NCBI GenBank assembly: GCA_976551045.1
Contig: CDPCPM010000056.1
Location: forward strand, 14,570,001 to 14,634,000
Reading direction: 5' to 3'
Source: Glaucostegus cemiculus
Taxonomy: Eukaryota
Length of the DNA: 64,000 nucleotides
The position numbers and the translations under genes are program-made. This document shows, in pieces, positions 49,236-63,265 of the stretch; positions within the stretch are counted from its first letter, which is position 1; the number at the start of each line of letters is the position of its first letter. The notes beneath the pieces are model-generated. The model did no database searches and had not been told where the DNA came from. It saw only the letters and a program-made list of their open reading frames with translations.

Positions 49236-51355
49236 GTGAGTTTGCCACCAGTGTCAGAACCTGATCATTATCTGAGGAACACAAGTGCTATAAATTTAAC
49301 TATTATGTTTGAGAGCAACAAGTGAAATTGCTAAATAATTGTGCAGTTAAATTTTCAAACTGAAAGTTTAGCTGTGAAAGTTTGGCTCATAAAATTAAGA
49401 AAAGCCTTTTAATAAATTTCTTTTTAAAAACACTTATTACAGCAGCTGTTGAAATACCATGTACACTGTCACCTGAAGCTGAGGACAAGGCCTTTTCACT
49501 AGCTGACCATAGCAAATTTACACCAGAGTTGCCTGTGGCTCGCTCTCTCTTTCTATTTCTCTCTCAGCACTCATTTCTGCATTCCTTCACTTTTGTAAGT
49601 AGTGCTAAATCTGTTCTTGCCTCACACACACCCACTAAGGTAGGCTGTCTCCCAGCTAATCAGTGAGTCCCAGGACAGCCAAGGGCCTTTCCAGTTGGAA
49701 ATGGTAAGCTGCACCTACAGAAATGATTTGAAGGTGGCTGAGCCACATCCCCAAGCTTGCCAGTGTCAAAGTAGTCCAAGATTGAATGTTTGCAGATATC
49801 TCTGATGTTCACCAACCTTCAGCAATATTCCAAAACTGCTGAAATTTATCATTCAACTAAGTTTTCAAAAACCTAAAATGCTAAAATACATGAAAATGCC
49901 AAAAGTAATTAAAAAGATTAGAATCAACTCAGTATTATAAAATATACAAATTATAATTTACTAACTTTCTCCCATGCATCCATTCTTCCCCTTTCAGATA
50001 AATGGGGTTACAATTAAATAGGCGGATCTTCTATCATTAGGACAGATAAATCTATAGGACTCCATGGGAAGTACAACTGTTAACCAGTTGTGAACTAATT
50101 GACAGGAAATCTTCTGGGACAAGTGTATTTGTGTGAGATTCCCAAACTAATAGCCAATTACTTTGGGGGACACCACCATCTTAAAGTAGATTTGCCAGCA
50201 TTTTGACCTGTTGATGCTACTTTAGTACTATTTGAACTTCCATCTGTAAAACCATTGAAAATCCATAATACAGAGGTAAAGCTAGTACCTTTTGTAACCT
50301 TGAAGAGCTTCACAATTAATTAAGTTCTTGTTGAAGTGTGGTTATATCTGTAAAGTGCAAAAGACTGCAGCATTTTTTGTTGCTTTTTGATAGTTGAGTT
50401 GGGTTTGTATTTCCTACTTGGGAATTAGCAGATTACAAGTGAAAATTAATAAATTCAGAATGATCATATAAATGGCAATAAATATCAGTATGTAAATGTG
50501 AGACATTAGACTTTGAGAAGAAAAGCAGGAAGTCATGGATTATTTGACAGATTGAGTTGGAGGAACTAAAGAATATATGTATACAAAGACAAATGTCACT
50601 TATTTAAGATGCAGGTCACGTAAATAAATTTAAAAAATGATTTCTAGAGAGAGAATTTAAAAGCTTTCTTGGGTTAAATATGTTTCGAACTTTAGACCAA
50701 ACAGAGTAAGTAGCTTTTTGGCCACTATATCATAAAAGTGACATTTGAAAGGCTACAGATTTGCGTGGTTAAACCGGAAATGTGAGGTTGTACCTATTGG
50801 GAAAGGCTAAGCAGACTGTGCCTCTTTTCTCTTGAAAAGAAAAAGCTGAGGGGTGAATTAATGGAGGTCATTAAAAATATGTACTCTTTTATTAGCATAA
50901 CTTAAGAATTCTGCATGAGGAAGATTGGATAGAGAGTCACCAAGAAATCAGATAGGAAATTCAGAAGAAACCCACTTACTTAGCGTAATGAGAACACAGA
51001 ACTCGTGACTCCAGGGGACAATTGATCTGAAGAGTATAGATGCATTTAAACATAAGCCAGATAAACATGGGGGGAAAAAGGAATAGTTATGCTAATGAAG
51101 TGATATCAAGAAACATGACAAGAGGCTCAAGTAGAACACGAATCTTAACTTTAAGTGGGCATGCTCTACAGTTTTATGATATTCATGTCAACACCATATA
51201 TGGAAATCGTCTACTTGCATCTTGGGCTCATTGCAAAAGACTTGTTAATATGTGCAAATATGTATTTTGTTTTGTCATCCTTAGTAGATAATATTTGTGC
51301 ACATTTCTATTGATTTGCAATAGCTTGCAATGTGCTGTTTTCATAGATTGTTTGA

Positions 51356-51526
<171 letters not shown>

Positions 51527-52256
51527 TAATGAGGTGGCGGCTAATTGCAGTGAAGCTATTGATATCTCTAAAATTGGAAGTAGGAAGCAGAAGCTGGATG
51601 TTACTTCATTAAAGTTGCTTTTGCTTGAGTGAACTGATGGCAAATGTTCATTTCTTTAGTTGTTTAACCAATAGCTGCAGTGGCAATTCTAAATAGACCA
51701 ATTCCAGTTGTTAAGACTGCAGTTGTTAAGACTACAATTTAGTGAGTTTTGTAAACAACCACATTGGGTCAGCCCCGAGAATAACATCAGGTGAAATAAT
51801 ATAAAGCCACTCACCCAAAGACTGCACAGTGAAAGCGACATTGTGAACAAGAGGACTGCTGGAATGATTTTAGTCAAATCATAAAGCAATGTTGTTTCTA
51901 GTTTGGTTGTAAGGCTGCAAGAGAAGGCCACAAGATGGCAGTAGTGGTTTGTTACAATAATGGATGATGATTGATTTTGTTTTTAAAGCTGTAAACTAGC
52001 ACTTTAAAGCTTAATTCAGCAGTAATGTTTTTAACAAAGCATCATCCCCATTTTTATCTACTGGTTTCTAACATCTTTAAAATGTTCCTTAGAGTGGCCA
52101 TTGTCAACACTTCTTTACAAGGCATTCAGATTGTATCTTGGTCCTCAGACTGATAGTTTGTGATGAATCTCTCCAACCTGAAACCTGTAGGTACTAGTCA
52201 GTAAGCCAGCCTGGCTTGTTAGCTCTTTATTAAATGATTTTCTTTCCCCCATCCAG

Positions 52257-52421
52257 TTTATACAGCCTCCTGGCACAGCTCCAACAGAAGTGGTGCAGTT
52301 CACAATCTCTCATAAGTGTCTACCTTGGCTTTATGCTGTTGTACATTACCTGCGTCAGAACCTGTTGATTTTCCTTCATACACCAAAGTACACAGACAGT
52401 AATGTGGAACATCATTTCCAG
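52257..52421 (+). CDS. SZT2: SZT2 exon 22: [15 protein letters not shown]...[25 protein letters not shown]
   Basis: atccag| acceptor, CAG|gtaatt donor; phase 0 to 0. Confidence 0.95.
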
Positions 52422-53295
52422 GTAATTTTCTAGGTGAGAGGGCTATGATTGGTAGAAGATGTTGTTTTATCTCTAAAAGCAAGAGGTGCAGTGTTTGTTC
52501 TGCTAAGTAAGGCACATATGGTAAAGTGTTTGTATAGCTGTAACTGTCTCTGTGTGCATACATTCTGCAGCTTTTCAGTTCTGTGTCTGATGCTGATGAT
52601 CTCGGTCTGATTTCTAATAGATCAACTGCATTATTCTGCATGGTATGTTTTATACCTTGCTCCTATTAAATTGTAACTTAATCAAGTCCAGTTCCTATAA
52701 TAGTCAGATTTGTGCTATGGCCTGAGGTAGAATCATAGCTAGAATTTTAATTTTAATATATTACTTATTATAAGGATTCCACATCATAAACAGAAGGAAG
52801 TGGGAGATTTAAAAGCCTATTGGTATCCAATTTACATATTAGAAACTTTGAACTGCCCACACAAAAACAAAACTTCTCCATAGAGTGACGTGCCTCTGGA
52901 ATTTCATGGAGGATGTATCATAATTATGTTGTTACTGTATCTTCTTAGTTGTCACCTTATCAGATTGCAGAGTTAAGTTTGCTAATTGTTTATGTTGCAT
53001 AATAGGAAATCATGCAATGCATTGAGCTCCCTAGTGTTAATAACTTGCTCTATATTGTATTCTTATGCATGCACAGGCATTGCACATTCAATCATATCAC
53101 CCACCATGTGCAATTCTTTTACTTTTATGCACTGAGTATTTGTAGGTGTCATTCTCTTTATCACTTGTGGATTATGAAAGAAATTGGATGGAGTGAATGT
53201 TTTACAGTGGATTGGGTGAGGTGAATATTTTACGATGGAAGGATCTGAGATTGGCTTTGGTGGCATGAAATTGCCTCATTGTTTTATTTTTGTAG

Positions 53296-53377
53296 CATTA
53301 CACTCATGGAAAAAATGTATCTGATGCTGACATCTACCTCTACAACAAGCCTGGTGGTCAAGGAACTGGTGGGAAAG
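53296..53377 (+). CDS. SZT2: SZT2 exon 23: HYTHGKNVSDADIYLYNKPGGQGTGGK
   Basis: ttgtag| acceptor, G|gtaata donor; phase 0 to 1. Confidence 0.94.
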
Positions 53378-55374
53378 GTAATAATTTCCTTTAACGCTTG
53401 ATGAAATGTGTATCAATTTTTAAAGAGGCATTCTTCATTTTATAAATAAAAACTAAATAAAAATTCAAATTTCATCATTCACTAATCTTGATTTACAAAT
53501 AGGTTATTCTGCCATAAATACAATGTAAAACAGCTATTTGTCCAAATTTTAATGTAATCTTAGGATTAATTTCTTTTCCTTCCATTGTGCATCTAGCTTC
53601 ATTCTGAAATCCATTTGTTGCAATTGAAATATATCAAATTCCTTAACCAAGTTTTATAGCAATCATTTCTCTATTGGCATAACATCCTATTGGATGTTGG
53701 TGGAAATGTATTTGACGGGGCTATTTGAACGGGATCCTAAATACTTTAGCTGCTAGAATTATAACCAGGAATGGCCATTATTGCACAGCACCAGTGAGAA
53801 AACCACCTGGACAACACCTCAAGACCTTTCTGTGTAGATTTAGATGTTTGAGGGAGGATTTTTCATGCTACTTGGCAAGTTATTAGTTCTCTTCATTTGG
53901 ATGTAGAAATGCTGCTTTACAGACAAGCTATGGCAGCCTCGAATGATTCTAAGAGCTGGTCATTCGTGGCATCACATCTGTGGTCCCATCAGAAAATGTT
54001 CTTTTTTGAGTAGGAAGCAAAGACAGCAGCATTTTTTTGGGGAAATCAATCTTGGAGCCTGTTTGGTACCCTTAAATTACTTTTTCTTTGGCATAAGCAT
54101 TGCTGAGTTTTTCTGGAATTAGGTCTTGTTTAAGTTAAAGAATTTGGGTATTTCCATGGACTGTATTTATCAAGGAATGAAAGTGAAATGTCAAGGCTTG
54201 TCGTGTAGATATTACCAAGGTTAAAAAGAGCAGAAGGTAAATGGGCAAATATTAATTTTGAGATTTTAGTATTGGGTTTTGAGAATTGGCACTGGGACTG
54301 AAGAAAAACAGTAAGAAAGTTATTGAAGTGGAAGGACACTCGTTTCAATAGTTCATTAGCTGTGACCTATAGTTTAAGGTGCTTGGTATGCTATTTACTT
54401 AAAGATACTGGTGATATTAAGGATATAAATGTGACCTTCCTTGTTTCTTGAACAAAGTACAGACTCTGAAAAGAGATAGAGTTGACGTCAGAAATACATA
54501 CTGATGTTTAGAAAGGCAGTGTACACAAGTGGCTTTCCCTAATAAACAATGATACTTGATCCTGCTTGCAATATGAGATTGCAATCTTAAGATTTATCTT
54601 CAGTTATAATATCTGATTTACTTTTAATAGAATCAATATTTAAGGAGACTAGCATTCCAATAAGTTGCTCTGATGTATGCAGAAAGAACCTCAGTGGGCA
54701 TCTGTTTCACACTGAGATGCTTAATTCTTAATAAGTAGGAATTAAGATTTTAAACAAAATTTTGGAATTTTTGTTTGAAGAGAGGATTTATTTTCTGTTG
54801 TTGAAGGCCAAAGATGTCAGTGCTAGCAGAAGCAACATTTTATCAAATTTTGTCACTCAATCAAGCATTCTTGGAGCTGAATACCCTATACTTCACCATG
54901 TGCTGTATTGGTGTGAATTTCATTCAGTGTATCTGTGTATGGTCAGAATACAAATTGGTTTGCAATCCCTGGAAAGGATAATGTTGCCTGAACAGATTTC
55001 ATAGAGGACTTTTACAGCCAATACTCAAGGGAGGTTTAATTCAATGGTCCTTACTAGATTTGACCTCAAGTTTGAAAAGCTATGGATATATTGCAAGGCT
55101 GTGGCACTTTAAAATGGAGGGAGTGATGGTGAGGTTGAAAAAAATGTAGAAGGACAAAGGGGAATGGGGGGAAGCTAACTTGGCAGAGAGGTAAAAGTGA
55201 AGCGATATTGTTGTGGAAGGGGGAATACCGTGTGCCATGAAGACAGAGAGAAAGAATTTGTACTACTAAGGTACATGGAAGGGTCAGTACAGTCCTGATG
55301 GGAGAAGACATGGGAAGGCTCAAGTTAAACTTGTGTGTAATAAAAAGAAAATAAGAGAGGTGAGAACAAGGTAT

Positions 55375-55712
55375 TATAGAGTCATACAGCACGAAAACGG
55401 GCCCTTCAGCCCAACTGGTCCATACCGACCAAGATTCCCATCTGAGCTAGTCTCATTTGCCTGCATTTGGTCCATTTCCCTCTGAACGTTTCCTATCCAT
55501 GTACTGTCCAAATACTTTTTAAATGTTGTTAATGTACCTGCCTCAACCATATTGTCTGGCAGCTCATTCCATTTATTGACCACTCTCTAGGTGGAAAAAG
55601 TTGCCCTTTGGGTTCCTTTTAAAGCTCTCCCCTCTTGTCTTAAACCCATGCCCTCCAGTTCTTGATTCCCCAGTCCTGTGGAAAAAGACTATGTACATTG
55701 ACCCTATCTACG
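55375..55712 (-). mobile_element. CR1 LINE 3' end fragment
   Basis: Tail complement atagagtcatacagcacgaaaacgggccc; minus peptide VNKWNELPDNMVEAGTLTTFKKYLD. Confidence 0.82.
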
Positions 55713-56584
55713 CCTTTTTTGCTGGGAGTGATTAGGAGACATGGTGCTGCAGCAAAGGAGGGTTTTAGGGGAACTGATATTTTTCTGGAGTGCAGAGGAG
55801 ATGAGGAGAGATGGACTCCTGACTGATGTGGGGAAGGAAGATAAAACAGATGGGATTCTGTAATAATGTGAATCAGAAGTGTTGTGTTAATAAGAAAGCT
55901 AGCAAATAAAGGAAAAAATAAGGGATTAGTATGAAAGCCATAGCTGATTTGGAGCATGTATATGAGGTTGTGAGAAATGCTTGCATGATCAAATAATGGC
56001 AGAGAAAGATAAATGTCACAGTTTTGCAGTATTCAGTTGAAAAATAGCTGACCACAAGAACATTTAAGATGTACTTAATGAAACCTGAAACTGCATTAGA
56101 ATATCTGATTGGATGAACTTTGCATATTGAATTTAAAGGAAGTGAACTGGAGCTTAATTTTAATAATGAGCCATTACGTTGTAAATTGTGTGATGGTAAC
56201 CAAACACTGTTCACCATGGTAATAATAAGCTGACAGCATTATGGATTTTCTAGTTGTTGAAAAAGAACCTTGTTCCTGCATCATAATGGTGTTGATTGCT
56301 TTTTGAAAGTTACTAATAGAAGCAATATTTTTTGCCAGCCACCACTACAAGTGATTGTGTGAAAAGGCATTTTGCGTTCACTTGCTTTGCCTACCACTGT
56401 AGATGGCTATTGAGGTTTTCCATCAATGGCTCAGCACCCCATATTTGACAAAAGTGGTAAACCTTTGCAGAATTCACTGCATGTTTTATGCTGGCCTTGA
56501 CCATCTACAGATAGCACTTGGCATGGATGTTTATAAATTAATTTGATTTGGAGTTTTTTTAGGAGGGAATTGAAATCACATTCT

Positions 56585-57260
56585 TACAGCAGAAGCAGGC
56601 CATGTAGCTCCTCCTGCTTATTCTGCCATTTAGCTAGATGATGGCTGATATGTTTCAGAGTTCCATTTACACCTCATCCTTACCGTTCTTTGTTCCATAT
56701 TCTTTTGATATTTATATTCACAAAAAAAATCCAATCTGTCAATCTTAGCCTTGAACCAATTGACCCTACCTATTAGGGAAGTGAGTTTGAGATTTTCACC
56801 AGCTCTTGTGTGAAAATATCGTTCCTAATTTGACTCCTAAATGCCTTTAGTTGTAGATTATGTTATGTTCTGTTCTATATTTCTCTACAAGAGGAAGTAA
56901 TTTCTCTGTAACTACGTGTTATCGTTTTAATCCCTCAACTTTGTAAACTTCAAGCACCACTAGCCAAAATTTTCCAATCATTCTTTTTAAGCTTACCATT
57001 TAAGACCAACTTTCATTCTGGTGATTCCGCCCTGTCGCACCACCAAGGCCAAATATAACTTTCCTGAGCTTCATTGCCAAAACCAAATGCAGTACTCCAG
57101 ATGGTATTTGATAGAGACTATACAACTCAAACATAATTTTCCCTGCTTTGTATTCCAACCCTATTTAGATAAGCCGAATATTCTATTTGACTGTTAGATT
57201 AATTTTTTGTATGTATTAGCTCATTTTTTAATTCTTTTTTTGTATGTAACAAATGAGCTC
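56585..57260 (-). mobile_element. Old CR1 LINE 3' fragment
   Basis: Complement of the tail (agaagcaggccatgtagctcctc) and ccaaatgcagtactccagatg (HLEYCIWF). Confidence 0.55.
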
Positions 57261-58124
57261 ATTCTCTGCTCTGCGTACCGTAGCTTTAGAATCAGATAAT
57301 AATGCAATTTATCTCCCTCAGAACTGGTGTGGATGTAATCAGAGCTCACCTTATCTTTTTCATTCACTTTGTCTGTGTCCCTTTGTTAACTTACTACCTC
57401 CAGACACACAAGTTATTGTGCCTCCTAGCTTGGTGTTATAGAATCACAGAAAGGTTGCCTTGACTGATCCCAAACCAGTTTCCACAGTGCAGAGTTGACG
57501 TCTAGGAATTGCATTCACATCAGACACAACACTTTCATTGGGAGTGTTCTGCTCTGTATGTACCCTCCCACAGTATAAAAATTGAGGCCAGGAGTTCAGC
57601 AGCTTTTTAGATCAAATTTGCACTACACCACTCTCTTTGTTGTTGAACATATTCTCTTGAGGCTCCTGCAATAGCAACACTTCAAGAATTAAGGAGTTTC
57701 TTTTTTTGGGGGTTTTAGAGTTGTAATTCAAGAGATGTCGTAATTAATAGAGAGGGGAACAAATTGTCTCAAACCTTCTATGTTCGTCCTATTTATTTCC
57801 TTGCTTTCCAACAAATAGTAGCAGTGCCCCATCTTCCCTGTGATGCCTTTACTGATAGAACAAACTGAATTGGCTGACTGGGGAAAAACACTGCTAGCAG
57901 AGCTCTCCAACATTTTGTTAAGCAGAAGTGATTGAAATGCCAGATATTGCTGTTCCCTCTCAAATAGACCGAACTGTGCAGTGAGCAGCACAGCATGGTA
58001 TTTCAGTTGTCCATATTATCAGTACTTTTGAAAATGTGGGAAGAGTTAGTAATTCCTTCTGTTCTCTTCCAACCCCCGCCCCCCCCACCACGACCTGTTG
58101 AACACAAATATCCAATTTCTGTGC

Positions 58125-58470
58125 ACCAAAGGAGGAGGCCATTTGGCCCATGAGTCTATGAAGTCTCTCAAAGCAATTCCATGAATTGCTTTATTTCACT
58201 TATTTCCCTGTAACCTATTCTCTTCTGCATGGGCATCAACTACCCCCAGCCCCGCACCCCACCTCCAAATCTCTTTACCATTCACCTATACCAGAGGTGA
58301 TTTGCAGTATCCAGTTAACTTGCCAATCTGTTGAATGAGGGAGGAGACCAGAGCACCGGGTAAAACCCAGGTGATCACAGAGAGAATGTATGAACTCCAT
58401 ACATGAGGTCAGGATTGAATGCAGGTTACTGGAGCTAGAAGGCAGCAGTGCTACCTGCTGAGTCATTGCC
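58125..58470 (-). mobile_element. V-SINE with CR1-type tail (HE1-like), old copy
   Basis: aaggaggaggccatttggccc tail complement; ccagagcaccgggtaaaacccaggtgatcacag V-domain complement. Confidence 0.65.
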
Positions 58471-59194
58471 TCTGCACTTTACTAGAAACTAATGTCTTTT
58501 TACCCAAACCACAGCATCATCTAGGAAGTCCTTACCATTCATTGTGCATTTGCTTTTTTTCCCCAGTTCATTTCTTCACTCTAGATTTTGTTGTTTGTGT
58601 AAAGCTTCTCTTCTAATAATAATTGATGTTGAAGGTGTTTTAGGTGACAAAGCCATCTATGAATGTTCTTTCATTGATGTAGGTACCATGGTGGAACTTG
58701 TGCAGCATCTATTTCCACCCTCCCAGTTCCAAGGTATTGCTCCTTTTGTAAATGCGGCAGTGTGCTTTTAAAACCCTTCCTCCCAGCTTTTGTTTTTTGT
58801 TGGTTGTCTTTTCTGAATCTCCCAATCCCATTTCATTGCCATTTTGGGTTTGGCCGCCATGACCGATTATTTTTCTACAAAGTAGCATTTGATTTCATGC
58901 CAATTAGTACTTCAGTGTGTGAACTTCTGAGGGGTGGGTGTTATTGATACTGCATGTCCTGCTGTTGCTCTCTGCTGCATGTTTGACATTAGAATATTTA
59001 TATTAGACTGCTTGATAATGCATATTGTGACAAATGTGGTTCATAATGACTTTATATTTTATATTTATATATTGCTGTTGCTTTCTAAAGCCTAGCTTCA
59101 ATTTCTAAAGTGATGGCTTGTGCAATAGGCAGCATTGCAATCTTGCAGGTCATTAAATCAATGGAATTGCCATGAACTCAGGGTTTCTAATTTT

Positions 59195-59580
59195 GAATAT
59201 GCTGCATCAGACTCAGAAAGTTCTGATTTGATGTCCCAATCCAAGGCCTTGAGCAGAATAATCTCAACAGACACTCTTTTGCAGCACTAATGGAAGGCTA
59301 CCCTGTCAGACGTGGTCTCCTTGGGATGAAATATAAATCTAAGCCTCCTCTAGCCTGCTCAGGAGATGTAAAAGCTTGCTTGGGACAATTCTGAAGAAGA
59401 GCAGGGGTGCCCTAGCAAATATTTACTTAAGTAACATATTTAAAAACAAATTGTCTGTTCATTATCACATTGCTGATTTTGGGAGCTTGCTGTGCATTAA
59501 TTAGCTAACCACGTTACATAGTTTGCAACAATGAATGCACATCAGATGTACTTCATTGCTTGCAATGCATTTTGGGTAAA
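59195..59580 (+). mobile_element. Deu-domain SINE (SacSINE1/AmnSINE1-related)
   Basis: ggatgaaatataaa..ctcaggagatgtaaaag..gaagaagagcagggg..cattatcacattgctg..gggagcttgctgtgc matches the recalled Deu-SINE core. Confidence 0.7.
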
Positions 59581-60597
59581 AATTAGCCTTTTTAAAGAAT
59601 TGAGATAATTGTCTGATTTGGATAGATAGAAGTTGAATTACAATTTGGTTTAGTGCTTGGAAGTGAGGAAATTCTTCCGTGCATGGGGTGATTTTATGTA
59701 TCTGCCCACTAAGACAAGTTTAGGGAGGCATTAAGAATTTTTGCGTGGTTAGTGGTTCATAAAGCGGTGAAGGGACTGGGACAGAATCCCACTTCTACTT
59801 CTGAAGAAAACATAAAACTTATAATGAAAAGTCACTGACAAAATTTTAAAATCTTTCACTCTCCAGTGATGGTGCCTGGCTTGCTGAGCATTTATAACAT
59901 TTCTGTTTTTATTTCAGATTTCCAGTATCTGCAGTATTTTCCTTTTACATAAAAAATAAGATTTGCTTGGAAATCTGGTTGTTACTGTTTCTGCTACCTT
60001 GCTGTATGCTGAGACCTATTGGCAAAGGGCTGGAGCATATGTGTATCAGTATTATTCCAGCACTGAGCAGGGTCCCAGACATTTATGAATAAGAGGTTCA
60101 ATTTTCCCCATGTCTTGAAGACTTGGCAATTGTAATGAGTGCACATCATTGTTTGGTTTCATTTGTACATAGACTTGCAAATCTAGTAGTCATTTACTAA
60201 ATATTTTAGGACCAGAAAAATCTTGTGAATATTATATGTAATGTACCAGAAGTACTGAATTTTTCAGCCTAATCAACTCTATAACTATCAAATATTATTG
60301 GTTTCACAAGAAACTGTCTCCTTCAGTTGTTAACATGGGTTCTTTTAAATGAGAACTTCTTTAACAAAGATGACACGCCAAGTTGCTGTTTAGGAGTAGT
60401 AGCGACCAAAGTTTTATTACCAGTCACATCCCAAGATTAGGATGGAAACTAGTGTTTATGTGGGATCTTGGAGGAGGCTAGAGAAAGGTGAGTGATTTGG
60501 AAAACAAATTATGGAGCAGAGAGCCAAAGCTGCTAAATCCTTTCTCTACAAACATAGAGTGATTAAAATTGGGATGAACACAGGATGAGAATATTAA

Positions 60598-61650
60598 AAT
60601 TGGAATTGGTTTATTATTGTCACTTGTACTGAAGTACAGTGAAAAACTTGCCTTGCATTACCGTTCAGGCAGATCAATTCATTATACAGTGCATTGAGGT
60701 CATACAAGGTAAAACTACTGATTGCAGAATAAAGTTTCACAGTAACAGAGAAAGTGCAGCTAGACAATTAGGTGCAAGGTCATAATAAGGTAGATTGTGA
60801 GGTTGACTCCCATTTTATCATACTAGGGAAATGGTCAGTAGCTAAAAACAGCAGGATGGAAGCTGTTCTTGAGTCTGGTGATAAGTGCTTTCAGGCTTTT
60901 GTATCTTCTGCCCGATGGGAGAGGGGAGAAGAGAGCATGTCCAGGATGGGTGGGGTCTTTGATTATGCTGGCTGCTTTACTGAAGCAGTGAGAAGTACAG
61001 AAAGAGTCAATGGAGGGGATTAAGGCTTTTAAGTCTTAAGGAAATTAAGGGTTTACAAGATTGGTATTGGTACCGGTTTATTATTGTCACTTGTACCAAG
61101 GTACAGTGAAAAGCTTGTCTTACAAACCAATCGTACAGGTCAATTCATCACACAGTGCAGTTATATTGAGTTAGTACAAAGTGCACTGATGTAGTACAGG
61201 TAAAAACAGTAACAGTGCCAAGTAAAGTGTCACAGCTACAGAGAAAGTGCAGTGCAATAAGGTGCAAGGTCACAACAAGGTAGATCGTGAGGTCATAGTA
61301 CATCTCATTGTATAAGGGAACTGTTCAATAGTCTTACCACAGTGGGGTAGAAGCTGCCCTTAAGTCTGGTGGTACGTGCCCTCAGGCATCTGTATCTTCT
61401 ACCCGATGGAAGAGGAGAGAAGAATGTCCCAGGTGGGTGGGGTCTTTGATTATGCTGGCTGCTTCACCAAAACAATGAGAGGTAAAGACAGAGTCCAAGG
61501 AGGGGAGGCTGGTGTCCGTGATACGCTGGACTGTGTCCACAACTCTCTGGAGCTTCTTGCGGTCCTGGGCAGAGCAGTTGCCGCACCAAGCCGTGATACA
61601 ACCAGATAGGATGCTTTCAATGGTGCATCAGTAAAAGTTGGTGAGAGTAG
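60598..61650 (-). mobile_element. Two adjacent Rex-Babar LINE 3' fragments (60598-61020 and 61061-61650)
   Basis: Each begins with the tail complement (ttggtttattattgtcacttgtac); reverse-complement homology to 28861-29207. Confidence 0.82.
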
Positions 61651-62399
61651 TTTTATGTCTGATTTATTTCAACAATTAGTCTATGAGCTTGGGAGCAAAG
61701 CAGATTGTATCATCTGCATTTCACCCAGAATCTCGGGGAGCTCTGGAAAGATTTTTGTGTAACGAACTGGGTTTCCATTGGTGAATGTCCTTTAAGATAG
61801 AGCATAGTGGTATTTGTGTGTGTGTGTTGACGTGGTTACGACAACAGAAGATAAAGGATGTAATGACATTTTTGAAGCAGTCGGAATCAGTCAGAGGAGA
61901 GAGAGAGAGAGACAGCAGCCTGCTAGTCTTTATCGATGGATGAAAAACAGTAACTGTGTCTGTCACTGTAATCCATGTATGGATTTTTGGAGTAATCCGG
62001 TGGAGTCCACTTTGTCGTTAACCTGTAGAGGGAAACGGGTATTTGTGTGGACGGTTACGTCTAGGATGCCTTTTGGGGTGGCAGATACTTTGGAACAAAG
62101 TAGTGGAGTTTACTTTGTTGTTGATCTGTAGAAGGAAACAGGTATTTGTGTGGATGACCACAATTTGAGAGCCTTTCGGGGTGAGGAAGATGTGATGGAA
62201 TAGTCACTGCTGAGTAGACACTGAGGTGTAGTTTGGGTTCCAGAGTGGAACATTTAATTAATGCAGTTCAGGGTGGTGAATGGATGAACCTAGATGTTAT
62301 TGGTTCATCTGTTAACCTAGATGTTAACAGTTTTGAATGAGCTCAAGTTCATAGAGATTGGAAGCTAGGATGCCAACTAGGTACATTCTGGAGATCCCA

Positions 62400-63265
62400 T
62401 ATTCAGGATTCTTAGCAGTGTGGAGGAGGATCCATAGCAATGTGGAGGAACAGAGGGATCTTGGGGTCCAAGTCCATAGCTCTCTCAAAGTGGCCACGCA
62501 AGTTGATAGGGTGGTTAAGAAGGCATATAGTGTGCTGGCCTTCATTAGTTGGGGGATTGAATTCAAGAGCCGTCAGGTAATATTGCAGCTCCACAAAACT
62601 CTGGTTAGACCACACTTAGAGTACTGTGTTCAGTTCAGGTCACCTCATTATAGGAAGGATGTGGAAACTAGCAAAACCGGCATCTCTTCTCTTGCTGGCC
62701 AAGTGAAGATGGTAGTGAGGTACTGCCTTAATCTGCTGCAGTCCATTTGCTGTTGTAGAGTTTCCACCACTCTCAGGCAGTGTATTCCACATACTCACCA
62801 CTCTGGGTCTTTAAAAAAAATTCCCCTCCGAGCCCCTCTGAACCCCTTACCCTACATCTGTGTCCCCTTGTTTTACCTATCCCTAATATGGTGAAAAGTT
62901 TTGTGCAGTCTACTTCTCATTATCCATTTTAACCTTCTCCATTGCAGGCAAAACAGACCCAGCCTCTCTAGTATCTCCTCATAACTGAAGTGCTCCATCC
63001 CAGGCAACATCTCAGTGTATTTCCTCTGTACCCTCTCTAGCGACTGGCTCATCCTTCCTATCATGTAGTGATCAGATCTGCATGAAGTTCTCCACCTGGA
63101 GCCTGACCAACGTTTTATAAATTTGGAGCATTTCCTCCCTTCTCTTGTATGCAGTGCTCGACTAATAAAGGCCAACATCCCATATGCTGCCTTAACCACA
63201 TAACTGTAGTGCCACCTTCAAGGATATTTGGACTTGGACACTAAGGTCCTTCTATTCCTCAATGT
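62400..63265. mobile_element. CR1 fragments: + strand 62400-62667 and - strand 62755-63265
   Basis: + peptide EQRDLGVQVHSSLK..RPHLEYCVQF; - peptide VKAAYGMLAFISR..LERVQRK..MLPG. Confidence 0.78.

Noticed and set aside
51705-51733. Short tandem duplications (15-bp period here; 10-bp period GTAAAACC near 30546-30575)
   Set aside because: Ordinary slippage-scale repeats with no evident function.
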